Below, in pieces: positions 1 to 13,452 of a DNA stretch of 64,000 nt (its first letter is position 1; every line of letters begins with the position of its first letter). The translations under genes were made by a program, and so were the position numbers. Origin of the DNA: Yuukianura sp. NJ FZ-2021 (taxonomy: Eukaryota). The notes beneath the pieces are model-generated. The model had not been told where the DNA came from and searched no databases. It saw only the letters and a program-made list of their open reading frames with translations. The stretch is from positions 62,001 to 126,000 of the forward strand of contig CM102284.1 of NCBI GenBank assembly GCA_046563655.1. Direction: 5' to 3'.

Positions 1-28
1 GGTCAAGGCTCACGGTCCTCGTTTTTTT

Positions 29-1698
29 CTACAATTCGGAAACGAATGGACCGATGCGGAAATGGTTTCCGGGGATGGATGTTTGACGACGCGAGGACTA
101 AAATTCCAAATGTTCTTTGACCTCAAGTGACCTCTAACCATATCAGAGGTCTAGTCAACAATATCCTGCGCGGGAACTTTCTATAACTGATCTGACGATA
201 CTTATTTACATCGTCTTTGCAAGAAGTTTATTCTTCATTGTTTTTTTAAATCAAAAACATAAAGTTATTAATTTTCAAGAAAAGTTGGTAAACATTATGT
301 TTTCAATGTTTGGCAGGAATTCTGAAGATTTCGTTCTGAACTCTAACCATAACTTTTTTTTAAAGCATCTTGAAAAAGAAAGTTTTGGGATTTTTTGTTA
401 CTTAACTTTTGAATAAAATGGATTGTTACCTTATCCAAGTAGAATGGTTTTCCTCCGTCCATGCCGAAGATGCCTGGCATTCTGTATCCAGAGTTGACAT
501 CTCTCTTGAGTCTTACAAAAAGTGGCCCAATGGGATTGAAGAGTCTGTTTCTGTTGTTTCCGCGTGACTCTGTGTGAATTCCTGTGTGCAGTTTCACTTC
601 CATCGTTTCTGGTTTCGAATCTCCCTCCTTGGTGGCTCTTGGACGCCCAGTCAAGTACTGCTGCTCCAAACGACGCTCTGCAGACGGCTTTTTGACGCGC
701 AGTTTCTTGCGTCTCACTTGCGGTCCCTGCTGTGCGACTCCTGCGGTTTGACCTCCATTTTGTTGAGGAGCAAAAGTGTTGAGGGGAAAGTAGTGCGGGT
801 AGGCTGGAGGGTGCGGTCGGTAGCCAGGCACGGTTGGTGATCTGTGGAACATGTTCGAGATTTTCTGGAGGTAGTGATTGAGAGAGACACGATGTTGCTG
901 GGTTTTAGGAGGGTAGATTGGCGACATTGGCGACATTTGCGACATTGGGGGTCTGGCATAAGTTGGCATGTTGACACTTCCAGCTTGTTGCTGAGGAAAG
1001 TTAGTTTGCGGGGGGCCTGCGTAGGGTTGATTTGTGGGAGGAGCTGCGGCGACATTTGAAAAATGCAGAACTTTGCCTGGTTGAGGATGCGGTCGCCACT
1101 GCGGAGGATTAGGGGGACCCCGTCTAAAAATTGAAGTGAGACGACTAAAGGCCGACATTGGCGGATACGCAGGTCCAGGATGGTGAAATGGTGGAAAATG
1201 GGGATTGGGTTGCGTAGGAATGGGAATGCGTTGACCTTCTGCTGACCCCGACTCTTCCACAGACTGAGATTGGTGGTGAGTCAGTTGTGGTGGGGGAGAC
1301 GCTGAAGGTGGGGCTGGTGGGTCGTGAAGTGGGATCGGAGGAGGGCGTTTCTTTTTCTTTTTGAAGAGACTGAAACCGGGTTTAGAGCGTGGAGGAGGGG
1401 GGCCGAGGGGAGTTTGCGTAGTGAAAGAGACAAATTGGGGGTCAGAGTCATAGACTGGTTTGAATCCGTGCACGATGTTTGGGGGTGAGAATTTTAAAGT
1501 AGTTGAAGTGTAGTTGTGATGCGGAGGTCGAGTGACATTGGTCATCAGATTCCCAGCTTCGAATTGGTCAATGGCAGTCACCACGTCAGTTTCCTTGAAT
1601 GACGAAGAAGTTGACACATTTTGGGAACATGTTGCGCAGAAGCAGCTAAAAAGTAGCAACAGAAACAGTTGCCAGGAATCCATCTTCCGAAACTTCAT
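29..1698 (-). CDS. Secreted proline-rich protein of unknown function; large exon 430-1698, putative last exon 29-97
   Basis: 451-aa ORF with a hydrophobic N-terminus (MKFRKMDSWQLFLLLLFSCFCATCS), Pro/Gln-rich body and an RLKR dibasic site. ATG directly follows a ttttttag acceptor; likely 5'UTR donor at 2613. Donor AAG|gtaaca at 430 joins in frame to SSRRQTSIPGNHFRIGPFVSEL* (97-29). The last exon is tentative. Confidence 0.7.
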
Positions 1699-4031
1699 CT
1701 AAAAAAATGTATTGAAAACGTTAAGGTTTAGAAGAATGAGTGAGTGTGGTGTGACAAAAAGACAGAGTAGGATGAAATGTGGAGATGCTTGGGGTGTGTC
1801 TAAAAGGCAGAATGGATCTGGGCTACTTGTGTACAAAGTAATTAAAATCCACCCTCCTTTTGCCGTGTCATAAATTTTGACAGTTTGAGTGAAAGGAGAG
1901 ATGGGACAATTTTGACTTTTGCCAAAATGTCCTTCATCCGTCACTCTCCAAGGCATTCGTCAGAGGAATTTGAGAATCGAGAGCAGGCGACCGCAGAGAG
2001 GAGTGCAAAAATGGAAATTGGAACACTGTGAATTTTTAAACTTTTTTTAGAAACTACCTTGGAGAGAAAGTTAGGATTTTTAGAAAAGAGGAAAGTATTT
2101 TTTGCTAGTGAGAAAATGCGGGAGATTTGGATTTTGGTGACCCAATTCGTTGGTCACCTCTGTAGCATGAACTGTGTGTGCCAGAGGGTGGTTTGCGTCG
2201 TTGACTAACGGACGAGTGACCTTTATTGAAGATGCTAACGGGGAATTCAATTTCTACCCAATTCCAAACGAGTTTTCAGGAATTGCTCATTCTCCCATTC
2301 ATCTCTCCAACTACTTTGTGCTTCTCATGTGAACAAAATGGCACAAAATTCAAATGTATCCGTCCATTCACAAAGAACTAGGCCAAGTTTAAGCTCCACT
2401 ACAATTTAAAAATTAGAACAGGCCACTGAAAATTAGAACAAACAATGTTCAAAAAGTAAAAATGGAACTAACAAAAAAATGTCTTTTGTCTATTCAAACC
2501 ATGAACTTTTTTTAGTAAATTTTGCATGACTTGAAAGAAAGGCTAAAAATAGTTGCGTGTTTGTTAAAAATGGAGAGTGACAGGTTGTTTGTTTGTGAAG
2601 TTTTTTGACTTACCGCTTATATGCTGGATGCCGCTTCCTGTTTGTGCGACTCCACTTAAGTGTGTGCGAACTTATGGCTGATCTGGAGATGCATGCGGAA
2701 TGTCACTTTCCGAGATCACTCTGGAAGATTGTGAGAAGATGAACTTAAGTAAAGTGTAGAGGAAGTGGACAAGTTGCACACAGACCAACCTCACATCGAC
2801 TAAAAAGCAGAGTTCACTTGCTCAACCAGTTCACATCTCCTCCTCAAAGTAAGTGCGGAATTTGCACAAATCTGACAAAGGGACCAAGGTGCTTGACGAT
2901 TCGGGGGAATTTGTTGGGTTAAGTGATTCCCCAGTCACTAAACAATGAAAGTCAGACCCACTTACAACAAATGGGATCAACCACTCAAACAAAGTAGCAC
3001 AAAAATTAAACAAAATCATTTTAAGACTCTTCTTTAATTATTATTTGAAAAAATGAAAGAATTGGTTGGATTTGTGTGGGTGGAGAAATTGATGAATTTA
3101 TTTGTGGATCGCTGGATTTCCAGAAGAGGGAAAGTTAACACAGCGAGAGATGGGAAAAGTGTCATTGCGTGAGATAGGAAAAGAGACAGGAGAAATTGGA
3201 CGGAGTTTTTCCTTCTCTGGCGGTTAGCTCTTCTTTTCTGGAAGAATCGAAGTTAGTTGTAAACTTTAAATTACTTTAATTATATGAACGACTTTTGAAT
3301 GAATTTGTGATTGAGTTGTTGATTTGAACAAGACCAACAATGTTTAGTTATTTACTAGTTGAGTAAAGAGTAGTAGTACAAGTAACGATTGTTGTAAATC
3401 GCATAATACAATAATCACTTGAAGTAGATTGTAAGTGGCAGAATTTGTCGAGGGGCAAAGACTGCCACAGTCTGTGACAAAGGAAAAAGACGAAACAGTT
3501 CCCTTGAAGTGCAAAAGAGTTACACTCTCCAGTTAATTAGTTAGAGTGATAATTAAGTTGGAAACCCAACTAAAAAGTGCTGTCCAAAGGCATCTTAAGA
3601 AGACTGGAAAGAGTCAACTCCAACCCAGAGGGAAGGGGTCAACCAAACGCTTAGCAGGGCCTATTAATATCATTTCAACTGACGGCAAAAGTCTCTGCAA
3701 CTCTGCATTCAGTCGTTGCATTCAATGTTTTGGCCTTACTTCAACCTTCCTTTGTGACTTGAAAAGTTGCATTGCTTAGAGAGTTAAACACAAGTTTGGG
3801 ATTTGGGTTGGAGTGGGAACATTTACATTTAATTTGTAGAAGAGATTGAATGATTTTTGGAAAGATGAATTGGGATTCCAAAAGAAAAGAAGGGGGTTCA
3901 AGTTCACAATTTGTTTCAAAAGTCATTTTGTAGAATTTAAAGTTGATTTTGGATTTGAGGGTGGGCGGTGGTAAGCGACGGAGAAGGTTGTTGTTTTCGT
4001 TAGATTTTGACAAGTTTTAAATTTTGGTGGC

Positions 4032-7000
4032 TCAGGGGTACTTGGTGGATCCACAGGCGGAGCGGTGGATGTGGACATTCTGCCACTTGCCGTCCTTCCG
4101 ATGCCACACGCGGGATTCTTCGGATTGAGTCGTTCTGGATTGACCGGAGGATCTGCAAACAATTGAAATAATCAATTGAGTAGTATATAAATCACTTAAA
4201 TAGACTATAAGTAATTTAAATAATATATTAATGAATGCATAATGGACTCACTTGTCATTGAACTGGGAGAGACGGACGTAGGCGATGCATGCAGCATCGT
4301 CTCCAAGTAGATGGACATGTGGATTCAGAAGCGTCGTGTTCATCTTACCCGACTTCCCGCCTGAAAAGTAAATACAAAAACTAATCACTTTTTCCCACTT
4401 TTTAGTGTCTGAATTAGCAGTTTTAGTCGAGTGACAAAATGCTTTGCACAAGAGCTTTGGCAAAAGTGAGGAGGTGATTGCAGAAGCCAGTCTCTAGTGC
4501 AGTGGGGTCAAAGGACTCAGGTAGCGGGACAGTTTGAATTTTAAATTTTGAAATTTAAAAAGTTAAAAAGTTAAAAAGTGGAAATATTGGAAGTAAGCAG
4601 AGGCCTACCAACCATTGTCAAAGTAGAACTTGTGAAAATCCATACCGGCGACCAGATTGCTGCTGAAAAAAAATTAGTTAAATCCACTTTCACTTTTCAA
4701 AAGAAAGTGAAAGAGTTCATACCCGAGGCTCTCCGGCTCAAACGCCGTCATGTGAGGGTCAGCTAATTTCCTGAAAACAACAAAAGTCAGAGGTCAGAGG
4801 TCAACTTTTGAAATGCAAAGTGTCAACTTACGAGTACGATTCAAAGTCTCCATTGGCAATTGACTCTAGGATTTGTTCCGTCAACTTAATGATCTCTCCT
4901 TTACGAGCTACAAAACAAACAAACTTCAACACAACCTTTTCATTTTTATAACACAATCCTCAGTTATATTTTGGATTTAGTTAATTTTTACTTTTTAATT
5001 TCTCATTACTTTTTATTATTTTTGCATTAGTAGGGAAGAAAGTGAAAGTGAGATGGTGCTCTCTCAGGAAAAGGTTTTAGAAAAAGACAATTTTTAAGAA
5101 AAGAGTTCCCTTCCTCGTCGACCAAAAAAGGCGCCAAAACTTTGAATTTGAAAGTGGACTTTAGTATTTGTGCTAAATTGTGCTTGAGGCGTGGGGTGGA
5201 AAAGCGAAAAAGTGGAGCTGTTACCTGAGCCACCGCCACCACCACTTCCGCTGCTGCATTGCATGAAAGCATTTCCACAGGAAACAGTGTGGCGGCTCTC
5301 TAAAAGTGTCCGTGTCAAGTGACAAAATGACCCACAGAGGTCAAACAACACAAAACAAATGAGACCAACTTACAAAACACTCCAAGCCACAACTCACGCC
5401 AAACACTTTCTCTCCAAAGGCTCAAGCCAAACCTCATATCCAGCCAAAGTGCTTTTATTTTCAAAAACTATCACCGTCTTTTAATTCAGGACTTGATGCA
5501 ATCAAAAATTTAACTCTTTCTCAAACCACTACCTCAAAATTTGTCAATCCAGGAGAAAAGTGAAAGTAGTTTCCCCAAAAGCACGCAAAAAAGAATTAAA
5601 CACAGCCTACGCTTTTTTTTCTCAACGTGCACTACTACGCCACTCAATCATTTTAAAAATGTTGTCATTTCCATGAATTTGAGCCTGTTTGAGAAAGTTA
5701 GGAAGTGACTAAAATCCAAAGTTAGTGGAATAATTTTGAAGGGACGTAGATGGAAAGTTGAAATGTAGATTTTGGGTGAAGTTAGAGTTTTGACTACTTA
5801 AGACGATGCATGAGCGCATGCTTATTAGATGCTGGAATCGGGTCGCGACTAGGGGTCGCAAAGTCGAACGAAATCTCAAAGTCGACTTTCGACTCTGGGA
5901 ATTGAGTTTCGACTCTAGAGTCGACTTTGGAGTCGACTTTGAACCTTCAATAGAATGCCCCATAAGAAAACTAAAAATCACATTCCAAATCCGCATGATT
6001 TTCAAAAATACACGGATTTCGGATTTTTGCGGACCAAATATGGTTTCTGATCCGGATTTTTCGGACAAACACTCATGAATAATTTTTTATATATATTTTT
6101 TAAATAGTTTTTTTTAGTTAGCAACAAAAAAGTGGGGTTTAAACACCGAAATGAAAATGTTGATTAATGGGTTAAGACTATTCAAATATCTGCACGAAAA
6201 CTGGGAAAACTTAAGAAATTCTTTTTGTTCAAATCTGTTTTTTTTTTCTAAAAATGCACATTTCGAATTTCGATATGTTGAATATGGTTTCTAGAATTTG
6301 TCTACGGTGCGAACATAATTCGCAGGTTCATTAAAAATTTCCACAAGTACCGTCAATGCCTTAAACTAAACTCAAATCCGGGTTCAAAATTTTCAAACCC
6401 GGATGTATTCATCATATTCCGAATACACCGAAAAGGAAAATAACTAATTTGTTTTCAATTAAATGATTTACAGTGCTTAGGCATTAAGTTGCATGTCGCT
6501 TTCCTAGCCTCAAATTACCTCATTTTTTAAGGCAAAGTCGAATTTCGAAGGTTGTAAAGTCGACTTTCGACTTTCCAAAAAATGGTCAAGAAATCGACTT
6601 CGACTTTACTCGAAAAGTCGACTTTGCGACCCCTAGTCGCGACCATGCTGGCGGGCCAAGCGAGAGGTGAGCGAGGTCAAAGTCCTCATCGTCGTCCATG
6701 CCTTAGGCCGCATGCAATCAAAAAACAGGAATCACAATCTGACCTTGATCTGGGGGGCCCTTGAGGTCGAGGGGGGTACTTGACGCAGTTGTGCTCGTGA
6801 AGGGGACCCCTAAAGCCAAAAGCACAGTGACAACGCAAAAATTAACAAATACCAACGTCACAAAGTTCAAGGGGACTTTAAGGGTCGTCCGAGTGACTCC
6901 AAAGTCAAACGGACAAAAGTGAAAAACTGGAGAAAGCGAAAGTTCTACTTTACCAACTTCAGAAAATGAAAACTAAAATGGAAAGTTGTAAAAGTATTAA

Positions 7001-10000
7001 AAAGTGAAACTAAAAAGTGGAAATTATGTATGTCTCCTATTAGGTGGAGTCATTTGGTAATACTTTCGTGGCATAGGAAATCATTAAACCCAGAAGCCTC
7101 CTTTATCGATTTATGTGCCTTCCCAAAAAAGTTGGAACTTTTGGAACTTCCGAAATAATAGTGACTCACCAAAATCCTCAACTGCCCCAATTAAACTGAA
7201 AACAAAAAGGAAGCGGAGAAAGGTTTCTCTTTTTTGTTAAAAGAATGGAAATTGAAGAAATGAAGATGAGTGTATGGGAGATGTGTTTCGTTAGTTGAAG
7301 TGGACTAAGCGTCAATTGGGCACTTGTGTTTGATTGAGTGTAATTGTGGCCAAGGCTACTTGCAGAGAGTGTTAAGCAAAGAAGCGACTAGTTGACCCGA
7401 GGTCACTATCTACTTGACCCCTGTCACTGTTAGGAGTGGAGGTCACTTTTGAGTATACTTTTGAGTCTGTCACTCTCCATTTACACGAGTAGAGAGTGGG
7501 AGTTACCTTCAGGCTCTTTTAGAATGACGGTGCACGTTCTGTCCACCGCGCCCTTCACCCGCCCCTGCTCGTCTAAACACAACCAACTTCAGTCACTTAA
7601 CTTTTCAAAAGTGAAAGTCTCTTATTCTAAAAAGTAGAAAAGTCTAAAAAGTGACTACGAGAGAACACCACCACTGCATGCGACATTGAACAGGAGGAGT
7701 ACTTGTCCTGTCACCCAGAGGTCACCCCTGGACATAAAAATTTAACAAACTGACCTTTGACATCGTCGTCCTCCAGCGTCGTCGACGAGTCTGTCGACTC
7801 CTTCACTGTGCTCCCGTCACCTTTCTTCGTAATTATGCTCCGACCTAACCAAATTATCAAGTTTATACTTGGGAAGTATTTTATACTGGACAAGTATTTT
7901 GTACTTGAAAGGATTTACTTGAGAAGTTTCTGGTGGCCAGCATCGTGGTGAGGATGGCTCCTTTCAGCTTCCGTCTTGCATTGAATTTCTTGAGACAATC
8001 TACAGTCTCCTGCCGATGAACTAAACTAGCCACGCGCTCTCGTTGCTAGGAAACACAGTTAATTATTTTAATTAATAAGTTGTATTTAATTATATTTTAG
8101 TTATAATTACGCAGATCCAGGGATGCTTGAGAGCGTCGGTGGCAGTGATTCTCTTATTGGGGTTGACTGTAAGCATGAGGTTGATGAGGTTCTTGGCCTC
8201 GGGAGTCACCGTGTCCCACTCAGGCGAAGGGTACTGAAACGCAAAGGTCAAAGGTCAGTGAGCTCCAGGGACCCTTAAGTGAAGCACTTACGTCGTAGGA
8301 GCCCTGTTTGATCTGAGCATACAGTCGGTGTTGGTCCTCGTCCCAAAAAGGCGGGTAGCCGACCAACAAAATGTACAGAATTACGCCTGTAACCATCAAA
8401 ATTTCAACTTTACTTTTCAAAAAACATATGAAAATTGTGGAATTTTGAAACGTGATGCTTACCACATGCCCAAATGTCGACTGGTTTGCCGTATGGCTCC
8501 TTCTTCAGCACCTCCGGAGACAAGTAGCCAGGCGTCCCAGCGAATCCTAGGAAAAAGTGAAGGCCCTTAAGTACCCCTCAAGTCCCTTGGAAGTGCTAAT
8601 GAAGTGCTAATTACCGAACCACGCCTGTTGGTCCCCTTGAACCTCAATCGCCAGCCCAAAGTCTGCCAGCTTCACTGCAGCCCCCTTCGCTTTACTCGCC
8701 AAAAGAAGGTTCTCAGGCTGAAATTCACAAGTTGAACGGAAATTAGTTACTCCCGCCATTTAATTCCGCACTCAACAACTTCCTCCCAAGTCTATCTACA
8801 GTTTCTCCAGGAGCTACTTGGAAGTTGAAATACTTGGCAGTATAAAATACTTGGGAGTACCTTAAGATCCCTATGCACAACTCCGTTGGTGTGACAGTGG
8901 TTGACACTCTCCAGAATTTGCTGGATGCAGTGGGAAGCATCCGCCTCGGAGTAAAACTCCCGGGCAACAATGTCCTCGAACAATTCTCCTCCAGTCACGC
9001 TGAAAAGTGAAAGTAAGGAGAAAGTTAGAGAGGAAGTGGGTGATTGGAAGCCCAGTTCCCCAAATCCCCACTTGGCTGGGCATTTGGGCGGTGGTCCCCA
9101 CCCAAGTGCCCACTTTCTATTCAAATCCTCCAATCCATTAGTTAAATTAAACATTAGCACTCCTCTTCCTTCGCTTAAGTTCCTTCGGCGGGAGACGCAG
9201 AAACAGAATTTATGAGTCCCTGTCCACCCATCTCCCACCCCACAAGAACCCACCATTCGGTGGGACCAGCACTGGTGGGGCATTCAGGTTGTAGAAGGAC
9301 ATTTTGTAATTGGAGTGAAAGTGAAGAGAAACTCACAGATCAAAGACGAGGTAGTGGAAGTTTTCCTCTTGGATGCTGTCATGAAGGCGCACTGAAATCA
9401 AACAAAAGACGCTTTTTAAGCACAACTTGAATGCGGATCTTAATTGGAGAGCACCTCTCCACTTCCACAAATCACAACAGCTCTTCTGAACTCAAAACAG
9501 AGACTCTCTCCCGCTTTCTCCGAATGTCTTCCTGCATAGGCATCTCCATTTCTCCAATTTAATTGGAACTTCTGTCCTACTTTTCAAAATGTTAAGTTGG
9601 GCAAACAACCTTGTTTACTTTCCATTTCTTTCAACTCTCCCCTCAAGGAATTCCTTTCAACTTCTGTTGTCTCCATTGAGACGTTAGTCAAAGTTCATGA
9701 AATTGAGAACATTTGGAAATGTGGACATGGTTGGAGAAAGTGGGAGAGTGGCCTTTCCGGTCCAGACTTTGTGCCAAATTGGTAACTGGGATAGCCCATA
9801 AACTTTTAATCGCTTCACTTTTTATTGGTCACAGTCTCCTATCTTTGAAGAGAAAGGAACAAATTCCGCAACATGACACATGCTTCGTCCAAACACTGCG
9901 CAGGTCCTCCAATTTGTGCAAAAACATTGACTCACCGATGTTGGGATGTTGAAGCTTCCTGCATATTCTGGCCTCTCTCTCCAACTTCTGGAAATCTACA

Positions 10001-11445
10001 ATCCATAACATCAAAAAATTATTCAAATCATTAATTAGTTTACTTGAGCAATAATTAACTTTAACAAGGATCACTATTTAAATTATGCGAAGCCATTTCA
10101 AGTTCAGAATTAAACAAATTGGAAATGCTCAAGCCCTGAAGTTGTTAAAACTGGAAAATTCCCATTTTCTGAACTCTGAGTTTTTTGGATTTTTGAGAAA
10201 GAATAAGGTTGTGGTTGTGTGAGAAAGTCCGCATGAGAGAAAGCGAAATGAGAGGGGGCAATTGATGGCCCCACTGCCCTCCTCCTCCTCCTCCCTCCAG
10301 AGGAGGAGGGGGGAGGAAAGTCAAGTTGGAACCGCAGTGGGGAGGATCGATATGATCTCCATGGTGCGGCAGGGCGATCGATTCCGCCAAAAAGACTTTC
10401 TCCGTTCCCTCCTCAACAGGTTTCCTCGTGGACCAAACCTTAATTCTCAATTACTCTCAATTCACAAACACACCGCACTTCAGCCTCCAGCCACCCTAAT
10501 CCACCCTCCACCCAACCACTTTCACTTCACTTTCACTTTCTACAATCCTCATATCCAAACCAAACCATTTAGAATTCATAGTTTACAACTTTCAAGTCAA
10601 CCGCAAAATTAAAACTCATTTTCAATTCTTTTTCAACTGTTTAAAACAAACACAAAACGCCCAAACATAGCCAACTACTCATTTCCCCTAATAATTCATG
10701 ACTTTTTCATCCGAAAAAATCACATGAGAATTTTCCCAAGTTGCACGCAGTTTCCCAAGGAAAAAAAATCATCCGAGAGAACCAGTTTTTTGGTCGACTC
10801 ATGTTCACGTTTGAGCGATCGTGTTCTCTTTCTGCACAGTTTAGCTGGAGGGAGACACAAATTTAAATATTTTGTACAAACAAAGTAACTTGAAACCTGG
10901 ATGGGAACGTGAGACTGAAGGGAATGAATTGTAACTGAAACCAGGCTTAAATGAATCCATGTCTAAAGATTCAAAAGTGAAAGTTAAAAAGTGAACTGAC
11001 CTCTGCTTGATAGTTTTTTTGTGTTGATGATTTTTGCAGCAAACTCGAGTCCCGTGGACTTCTGGACGCATCTCCTCACTATGCTAAAAGCTCCTCTAAA
11101 AAGATCAAGATTAGATTAGTGCGTGGGAGTGAGCCACATTCCACCAAAGTGGAGCCAAGAGGAGGGGGGCAGTGGTGGGGCAATTGACTTTAGTCCAAAA
11201 CACTCCTTCAGTCCAAGTTAGATCAATTGTCGCATTGCTGTCCTCTCCTCTACTCTCAACCACAAAAATAAACTACTTTTTCAAAATTTGGATTTTTGAG
11301 TCCAAATTTGGAATGTCTTAGGGGTGATCCTAATGAACCCAATTGAAGTTAAATTAAAATAAAAGTTTTAAGAGTTAGCTTACTTTCCGAGTTCCTCCTT
11401 GAGCTCGTAGTTGTCTGAGAAGCGTGTGGATGCGTTGGCTGCCAT
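4032..11445 (-). CDS. CaMKII: Calcium/calmodulin-dependent protein kinase II (multi-exon)
   Basis: Spliced translation: [33 protein letters not shown]...[62 protein letters not shown]; regulatory [27 protein letters not shown]; hub [14 protein letters not shown]...[25 protein letters not shown] at 4032-4034. Confidence 0.98.
5850..6635. mobile_element. hAT-like non-autonomous element (MITE) in a CaMKII intron
   Basis: TIR TAGGGGTCGCAAAGTCGA at both ends, 8-bp TSD GTCGCGAC (5842-5849 and 6636-6643), many subterminal GTCGAC(TTT) motifs, AT-rich non-coding interior. Confidence 0.85.
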
Positions 11446-13452
11446 GACCGAGTCTGGAAGAGGTCAAAGGTCAATTTCACTTTGTGCGAGGTCAAAGGTC
11501 AACTTGAGTGTGTGTTTGCATGGATGCGGGTGTGGGAGGCAAGATGGACGATGTAAGTAGTGTGAGCCTCTCCTCTCTCCGATTCTGGGCTCCTCTCCAC
11601 TTTTCGGCAGAATCCCGGGTAGCAGGGTCCTCTGCGCAAATGCGGATCGAAGCTCCCACTCCTCTCCTTCCCTCTCACTTTTTAGCACAACTTTTTTGGT
11701 TCAAACCGAATTACGACAGGCCGGGAACATCCGGAATTCAATTTGAGACCACTGCTTTCTCCAGCCAAAACACTCCTTGTCTCCCATAATCACAGTCATA
11801 CGCTATCTAGCACTCATTATCACAAACACACCACGCAACATCAAACTATAACACACAAATTACAAAATTCCATACAAATTTACAAAAATGAACATTTTTG
11901 GCTAAAAAGCAATTTTCAAGGGAAAAACAGCAAAAGAAAGTGAGAGTTTAAAGAGACGAAACAGAAGTAGAGGACACAAATGTATTTACCTTTGCTTGTT
12001 TTTTCAAAGCTCAAACAGAATTCAAAACGAACTTAAGACCCACTTTTAGTTTTTGAAAAAAAAAGACTTTCTTTGTTACTTTTTTTTAGAAAAAGTAAAG
12101 GAAAACATTTTGGGGCTCAGTGATTCATGAAACAGTTTTCTCCAAGGAGAGGAGTTCCCATGATTGAATAAAAGATAAACCAATTGGAAGGAAAAATTGA
12201 AAATTTTGGACTTTTTTGAACGAAATATTTTGATGGAAAATATCTCTTCACTAAATCCAAAAAAATCCAGCTGAAAAAAGTATCAGTACAGCTATTGCAT
12301 AATTATTTCTCGTTTTATTTTTTTAATCTGCATTAATTTCTGGAACTTCCAGGAAAAGTGAGTCATAAAAAGAGTTGTAAGCAAAGTATAGAGTCGTGTT
12401 GTAGGAAAAATTGAAGAAAATGAAGATTAGAAGCAAAAAATAATTTAGTGAGGTTATGAAAAGCGACTGATAGGCCTCGACGCCACACGATAAGATTCAA
12501 CCAAACTTCAAAAATTATTGACTCTACACGAACACTTTACCTTCAGAGATTTTCAACAACTTTTTTCCAATGACACCCAAATTCCACTTTTCAACACTGC
12601 GATGATCTGCGTCTCCCTCACTTTTTAAACTCTGTTCAAATCGTACTGTACTGTTCAAATTTGTTCTAATTTCTAAATTGCAATATGTTTGTTGTAGATG
12701 TAGAGTTTGAGTGTGTTCTGCTCAGCTGTAACTTTGTGTCTGAAGCTGGATCGGTACACTGCGCTCCTCCACCTCCCTCCCTGTCACTATCCACACTAAA
12801 CTGCATAGTCCCTATAAAGTTACATGCCTAACCATGTCAACTGAGCTCTTCTTTGTGCAAAAACTGTGCCAATTCCTGCCCTTTGCCATTCTGAGCACAG
12901 GCATGTCATAATCCATGTCTCCATTCACACAAAACAAAAAGGAAAACTGTAAAGCTCAATCAAAGTTAAGTCCACGCAAAAAATCACAACCAATCTCTCC
13001 TTTTTTCCGTGGTTTTTGCACTGACTGGACTCTGCTCAAAGATAAAACTTCAATCACAACTTCACCTCATTTTCCAAACTAAATTTTACTAAATTTTCCA
13101 ACTCCTAAGTCCAGCTCAGGATTTAAATCAAAAGTGGAGAGACAGGGGAAAGGCACTTTCTCCCGGAAACAATCAAAAGTCACAAAAAATGTCTTTTTAG
13201 AATTTGATTCCTTCTTTAAATAAATTGATAAATATGGAATAGTTTTTATTTAGCAAAGTTTCTCAAAATGGTAAACTTACAATGACTATGTTACAATAGA
13301 TTGTCACAATTGAAGTGTTTCAATTTTCAAAAAAGAGAAAGCGGGGCTGACTAAATGCGGGATAAGTCTGAGTTCCGGAAAAAGTCTCTTGTGACCTTTG
13401 ACAAATTCTAATTTTTAAAATTGAAGCCTAAGTCTGAGTTTGTTTAAAAGTT

